This document shows, one piece after another, positions 16,311-16,817 of a stretch of 16,817 nucleotides of DNA. The DNA lies in the NCBI GenBank assembly GCA_964648855.1, contig CAZYLT010000030.1:1-16817 (forward strand), written 5' to 3'. The first letter of the stretch is position 1; every line of letters begins with the position of its first letter. This DNA comes from an uncultured archaeon. GTDB taxonomy: Archaea; Asgardarchaeota; Thorarchaeia; Thorarchaeales; Thorarchaeaceae. The position numbers were made by a program, and so were the translations under genes. Under the pieces are notes generated by a model. It had not been told where the DNA came from, searched no databases, and saw only the letters and a list, made by a program, of their open reading frames with translations.

Positions 16311-16808
16311 TCACAAAGCCGCCCTGGCTACTTGAGCTATCTCATCGATATCAGGATGGATATCATGGTCTTCTCCCACCCACCTGTAAGCGATTTTCCC
16401 GTTTTTATCTATCACAAATACACTTGGGCGAGGAACCATTGTGAGTCCGTCAATATGCTGGGCTAGGACTCCAAACTCCTGCACGACCACCCTGTCAAAA
16501 TCACAGAGAATACGGAACGGGACTCGTTCTTCGTCAACAAAGGTATCAATGGTTGTCATCGGTTCTGTGACGACGCCGACCACATTGACATGGTCGCTCT
16601 TGAGAGACCTGTGTAGCCTTGCGAACATCTTGATCTGTTCCATTGTGTATTCGGAGAAGGTTTCTGAAAGGAAGACAAGGACCACAACTTCACCTTTCAG
16701 GTCTGATATGTCGCATTCAGCATTGTCTGATGCCATGAGATGAAAGTCTGGAGCTGGGTCTCCCACATTCAGCGGTTGCTGGCTGTCCGATTTTGAGTCA
16801 TCACTCAT
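16311..16808 (-). CDS. AhpC/TSA peroxiredoxin-fold protein lacking the peroxidatic cysteine
   Basis: VGDPAPDF, VVLVF, R..FVIDKNGKIAY present; the PxxxT/SxxC position reads SETFSEYT. Confidence 0.82.
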   Translation of the reverse strand: MSDDSKSDSQQPLNVGDPAPDFHLMASDNAECDISDLKGEVVVLVFLSETFSEYTMEQIKMFARLHRSLKSDHVNVVGVVTEPMTTIDTFVDEERVPFRILCDFDRVVVQEFGVLAQHIDGLTMVPRPSVFVIDKNGKIAYRWVGEDHDIHPDIDEIAQVARAAL

Positions 16809-16817
16809 AGTATGGCT

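Noticed and set aside
13362-16743. Numerous 60-165 aa antisense or alternate-frame ORFs here and inside the island genes
   Set aside because: They overlap well-supported genes, have no recognisable motifs and are expected shadow ORFs.
1-16817. Avoidance of the BglII site as evidence of active restriction
   Set aside because: AGATCT occurs at least at 3475, 5040, 7890, 9789, 10020 and 13318, and GATC is common; no visible depletion.
1-16817. tRNA, CRISPR array, integrase/transposase or att repeats
   Set aside because: None recognised by eye in the intergenic regions or at the island edges; short att sites could have been missed.

Overview
Archaeal-looking window, inferred to be possibly Asgard/Thorarchaeia from a geranylgeranyl reductase, a membrane protein ending in a Zn-ribbon and GGAGG RBSs. 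GC-richer genes flank the window: a 4-TM protein on the left; TauE, GGR, a Ca/Na antiporter and a peroxiredoxin-like gene on the right. Between them is a visibly AT-richer accessory block (~700-13020). Its core is a putative defence island. A translationally coupled three-gene operon encodes a MORC-type GHKL ATPase, a 231-aa putative double winged-helix protein and a PLD-nuclease/SNF2 helicase fusion. It is followed by an amino-MTase (HPPY), a Dam-family MTase, a second stand-alone winged-helix protein that aligns by eye with the 231-aa protein, and a BglII/BamHI-like endonuclease. I do not recognise this gene set as a named system. Also seen: a GATC-capped 25-bp palindrome between the divergent MTases, apparent loss of a conserved Asp in both the endonuclease and the HPPY MTase, a p24/GOLD-like surface protein, a decayed copy of the left-flank gene, and a peroxiredoxin fold lacking its peroxidatic Cys. 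All homology calls are from motif recognition by eye; no searches were run.
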